From the IMG/VR virus record IMGVR_UViG_2654587726_000001: a DNA stretch of 7,878 nucleotides; one strand, written 5' to 3'. The notes below the pieces were generated by a model. That model was not told the DNA's origin and did no database searches. It was given only the letters and a program-made list of their open reading frames with translations. The translations under genes and the position numbers were made by a program. Positions 1 to 7,878 of the stretch are shown in pieces; within the stretch, counting starts at the first letter, position 1, and every line of letters starts with the position of its first letter. The stretch comes from a virus (Monodnaviria > Loebvirae > Hofneiviricota > Faserviricetes > Tubulavirales > Inoviridae).

Positions 1-123
1 GTCGGAGATACCAAGCCGCTGCGCTGCCATCTGTGTTGTCAGACGCCGGTCGATGACGTCCTGAATAATCTTGAGTCGGTTAACTTCATCCAAAGTGAAA
101 AACTCCGCTGCGAGAGCCGTCAT
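1..123 (-). CDS. Partial CDS, N-terminal 41 aa only (gene continues beyond window start); HTH-type protein, possibly the N-terminus of an IS transposase
   Basis: Reverse complement of 1-123 reads MTALAAEFFTLDEVNRLKIIQDVIDRRLTTQMAAQRLGISD with ATG at 123-121 and an AAGGA Shine-Dalgarno about 5 nt upstream on the minus strand. The LT..MAAQRLGIS pattern resembles HTH N-termini of some IS transposases (ISNCY/IS1202-like) from memory; not verified. Confidence 0.4.
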   Translation of the reverse strand, partial: MTALAAEFFTLDEVNRLKIIQDVIDRRLTTQMAAQRLGISD

Positions 124-203
124 GGTAATCCTTACTTGATTATACACGCCGGACATCTTAACTTAGCCCAAGGCGGACATTACAACTTTGCTGTTACAAT
201 ATT

Positions 204-236
204 GGTGCACATAATGTGACACGCGTTATGTTGAAA
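204..236. other. dif-like Xer recombination site with atypical 11-bp spacer; putative prophage attachment junction
   Basis: GGTGCACATAA (204-214) matches the XerC arm of E. coli dif GGTGCGCATAA at 10/11; TTATGTTGAAA (226-236) matches the XerD arm TTATGTTAAAT at 9/11; the spacer TGTGACACGCG is 11 bp instead of 6. Sits at the boundary between the flank and phage-like DNA. Confidence 0.4.
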
Positions 237-273
237 AGGCCGCTGCGATACTTTCCACCGCAGCGGCCTTTTT
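234..273. terminator. Strong stem-loop (14-bp perfect stem, 11-nt loop) flanked by A-run and T-run; candidate bidirectional terminator or structured att/origin element
   Basis: AAAAGGCCGCTGCG (234-247), loop ATACTTTCCAC, CGCAGCGGCCTTTT (259-272), followed by T. Perfect inverted repeat read directly from the sequence; overlaps the right arm of the dif-like site. Confidence 0.45.
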
Positions 274-306
274 ATACATAACGCCATTGTGCGCACTGTT
301 GTGTAT

Positions 307-420
307 TCAGTCGTTGCTTCTGTTGATTTTATTGTGTGCCCTCAGGACGATTGGCAACACTATTGTTATGACGCTGAACAAAAACATGCCGAACAGACTA
401 CCGGCAATCAGGTATTTCAT
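307..420 (-). CDS. Hypothetical small hydrophobic peptide (37 aa; possible 46-aa form from ATG at 447)
   Basis: Minus-strand ORF MKYLIAGSLFGMFLFSVITIVLPIVLRAHNKINRSND: one predicted transmembrane helix followed by a basic tail. No convincing Shine-Dalgarno; below the ORF-track size cutoff; a competing short plus-strand ORF exists at 368-463. Weak support. Confidence 0.2.
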   Translation of the reverse strand: MKYLIAGSLFGMFLFSVITIVLPIVLRAHNKINRSND

Positions 421-498
421 TAGTAAATCCAGAATCATGTCGTGCATGGTTTTTCTGAGCTGATGTTGTTAATCCTGTCGGGACTCTACATTCCTTTA

Positions 499-732
<234 letters not shown>

Positions 733-788
733 TTAAACCGTATCCTTTCGATCCTTCGCGGGTAGTCTGCTGAATGCAGGAAAAGGGA

Positions 789-1001
789 TCACATTGCCTT
801 TTTTTTCTTAAGTTCTTCTTTGCTTATTAGATCTTTCACCGCATCATCTAAGTAGTTGTCTATTAAGTGGTTTACTATCTCTGATGGTTTTAGTAGCTCA
901 CCTGTTTTATTACCGATTTCCAGCACTCTTCGTTTTAGCTCCAGTTTTCTGTTTTCGTTAATCCTTACGGTTGTGTCTCCGCGCTTTGTTTCTTTTTTCA
1001 T
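789..1001 (-). CDS. Small DNA-binding protein, ribbon-helix-helix-like; putative phage transcriptional regulator/repressor
   Basis: 70 aa from ATG at 1001-999 (the track's TTG start at 1004 is one codon upstream) with GAGGT Shine-Dalgarno 8 nt upstream. Sequence MKKETKRGDTTVRINENRKLELKRRVLEIG... has a beta-strand then basic helix pattern typical of RHH (Arc/CopG-like) proteins. Divergent from the rep operon, as for repressors of integrated filamentous phages. Confidence 0.5.
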   Translation of the reverse strand: MKKETKRGDTTVRINENRKLELKRRVLEIGNKTGELLKPSEIVNHLIDNYLDDAVKDLISKEELKKKKAM

Positions 1002-2877
<1,876 letters not shown>

Positions 2878-2881
2878 TTTT

Positions 2882-3055
2882 ATGTCTGTTAATTCGGATT
2901 CAGTTTCCACGCAAATTAATGCTATTTGCGTGGGGATACCTGATGTGTCGGGGATTTATTCCTCGGCGTTTTTAACGGGATTTTCACTGCCAGTATTTTG
3001 TTTTTTTCTTGGCATGATTATTTCCACAATTTGGAGTTTAATAAGGAGACTTTAA
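2882..3055 (+). CDS. Small hydrophobic protein (57 aa), possible minor coat protein (pVII/pIX-like)
   Basis: ORF MSVNSDSVSTQINAICVGIPDVSGIYSSAFLTGFSLPVFCFFLGMIISTIWSLIRRL with hydrophobic C-terminal half; lies between the ssb-like and major coat genes where Ff phages carry gVII/gIX. Below ORF-track cutoff; weak Shine-Dalgarno. Confidence 0.35.
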   Translation: MSVNSDSVSTQINAICVGIPDVSGIYSSAFLTGFSLPVFCFFLGMIISTIWSLIRRL

Positions 3056-3057
3056 TT

Positions 3058-3306
3058 ATGTTTGCAAAAATGACCAATTTTTTTAAGGGTGTTGATAAGA
3101 AAGTTGCAGCTTTATCTTTTTCCGCTGCTTCTGCTCTTGCTGTATCTCCGTCTTTTGCTGGTACAGTCGATTTTTCATCATTGACTAACAGCATTGATAT
3201 GTCTTCTGTTTCTGCTGTTATTCTTTCTATCGGTGTTGCAGGAGTTACAGTTTATCTGACTTTTGCTGGCGTTCGTAAAGTATGGGGAGCCATCAGAAGT
3301 ATCTGA
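3058..3306 (+). CDS. Major coat protein (pVIII-like) precursor
   Basis: ATG 3058 preceded by AGGAGA at 3044-3049. 82 aa: 34-aa signal peptide ending SFA, then a 48-aa mature peptide GTVDFSSL...GVRKVWGAIRSI with acidic N-terminus, hydrophobic core and basic C-terminus. The track start at 2998 is a TTG extension, judged less likely. Confidence 0.8.
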   Translation: MFAKMTNFFKGVDKKVAALSFSAASALAVSPSFAGTVDFSSLTNSIDMSSVSAVILSIGVAGVTVYLTFAGVRKVWGAIRSI

Positions 3307-3322
3307 GTTGTTTTTTATGAGG

Positions 3323-3348
3323 AAGGGCGGATATTCCGCCCTTTTTTT
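3323..3348 (+). terminator. Rho-independent terminator after major coat gene
   Basis: AAGGGCGG (3323-3330), loop ATATT, CCGCCCTT (3336-3343), followed by a 7-T run to 3348. Same placement as the terminator after gVIII in Ff phages. Confidence 0.8.
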
Positions 3349-3440
3349 GGATATTTATGTTTGATTTTATTTTTATGATGTTTGGTTCCCTTTGTGGGTT
3401 ATGTTGCGTCATTGGCTTTAAATCTAATTTGTGAGGTTTT

Positions 3441-3611
3441 ATGTCTACTCAAGAATTTAAAGTTAAATTGCCAGAATACACTATCGAGCAGATAGAAAGA
3501 ATTATTTACAATAAAAATACAACCATTGAAGAATATGTTGTTTCAGTTATTCTTGAAAAAGCCGATCAGGATTTCCGTCGAATTGTAAAACCATTTAGTT
3601 TTTACTGGTGA
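3441..3611 (+). CDS. Hypothetical small hydrophilic protein (56 aa), not part of the canonical inovirus gene set
   Basis: [59 protein letters not shown]; GAGG 4-8 nt upstream; stop at 3609-3611 sits 4 nt before the pIII ATG. Below ORF-track cutoff. Charged, no hydrophobic segment. Confidence 0.35.
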   Translation: MSTQEFKVKLPEYTIEQIERIIYNKNTTIEEYVVSVILEKADQDFRRIVKPFSFYW

Positions 3612-3615
3612 TGAA

Positions 3616-5247
<1,632 letters not shown>

Positions 5248-5261
5248 TAATCAGGTGGTGA

Positions 5262-5552
<291 letters not shown>

Positions 5553-5563
5553 GAGGGTGATTT

Positions 5564-7878
<2,315 letters not shown>

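Noticed and set aside
368-463. 31-aa plus-strand ORF overlapping the candidate small membrane peptide
   Set aside because: Very short, no Shine-Dalgarno, featureless product; cannot be separated from chance.
2998-3057. Upstream TTG extension of the major coat ORF (track start 2998)
   Set aside because: The ATG at 3058 has a near-ideal AGGAGA Shine-Dalgarno and yields a canonical signal peptide; the extension would overlap the preceding small ORF and add a non-signal-like N-terminus.

Overview
Most of this window (about 790 to 7878) is the near-complete genome of a filamentous (Inovirus, Ff-like) phage, probably integrated as a prophage. After a divergently transcribed small regulator on the minus strand, all plus-strand genes follow the canonical inovirus order: replication initiator, ssDNA-binding protein, small hydrophobic protein, major coat protein with a strong intrinsic terminator, pIII-like adsorption protein with a glycine-rich tandem repeat, pVI-like membrane protein, pI/Zot-family assembly ATPase and pIV secretin. 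The window ends exactly at the secretin stop codon. The left 790 bp differ in composition and hold a partial minus-strand HTH gene, a dif-like Xer site with an atypically long spacer, a perfect 14-bp-stem hairpin, and a GC/purine-rich non-coding stretch. This matches the known class of enterobacterial filamentous prophages integrated at dif, but I cannot confirm identity without a database search. The best leads for undescribed biology are small accessory ORFs outside the canonical gene set: a 65-aa acidic protein with no Lys or Arg whose stop overlaps the rep start, a 56-aa ORF between the coat terminator and the pIII gene, and a possible small membrane peptide near the left junction. All functions are inferred from gene order, size, signal peptides, motifs and composition read by eye; no homology search was run.
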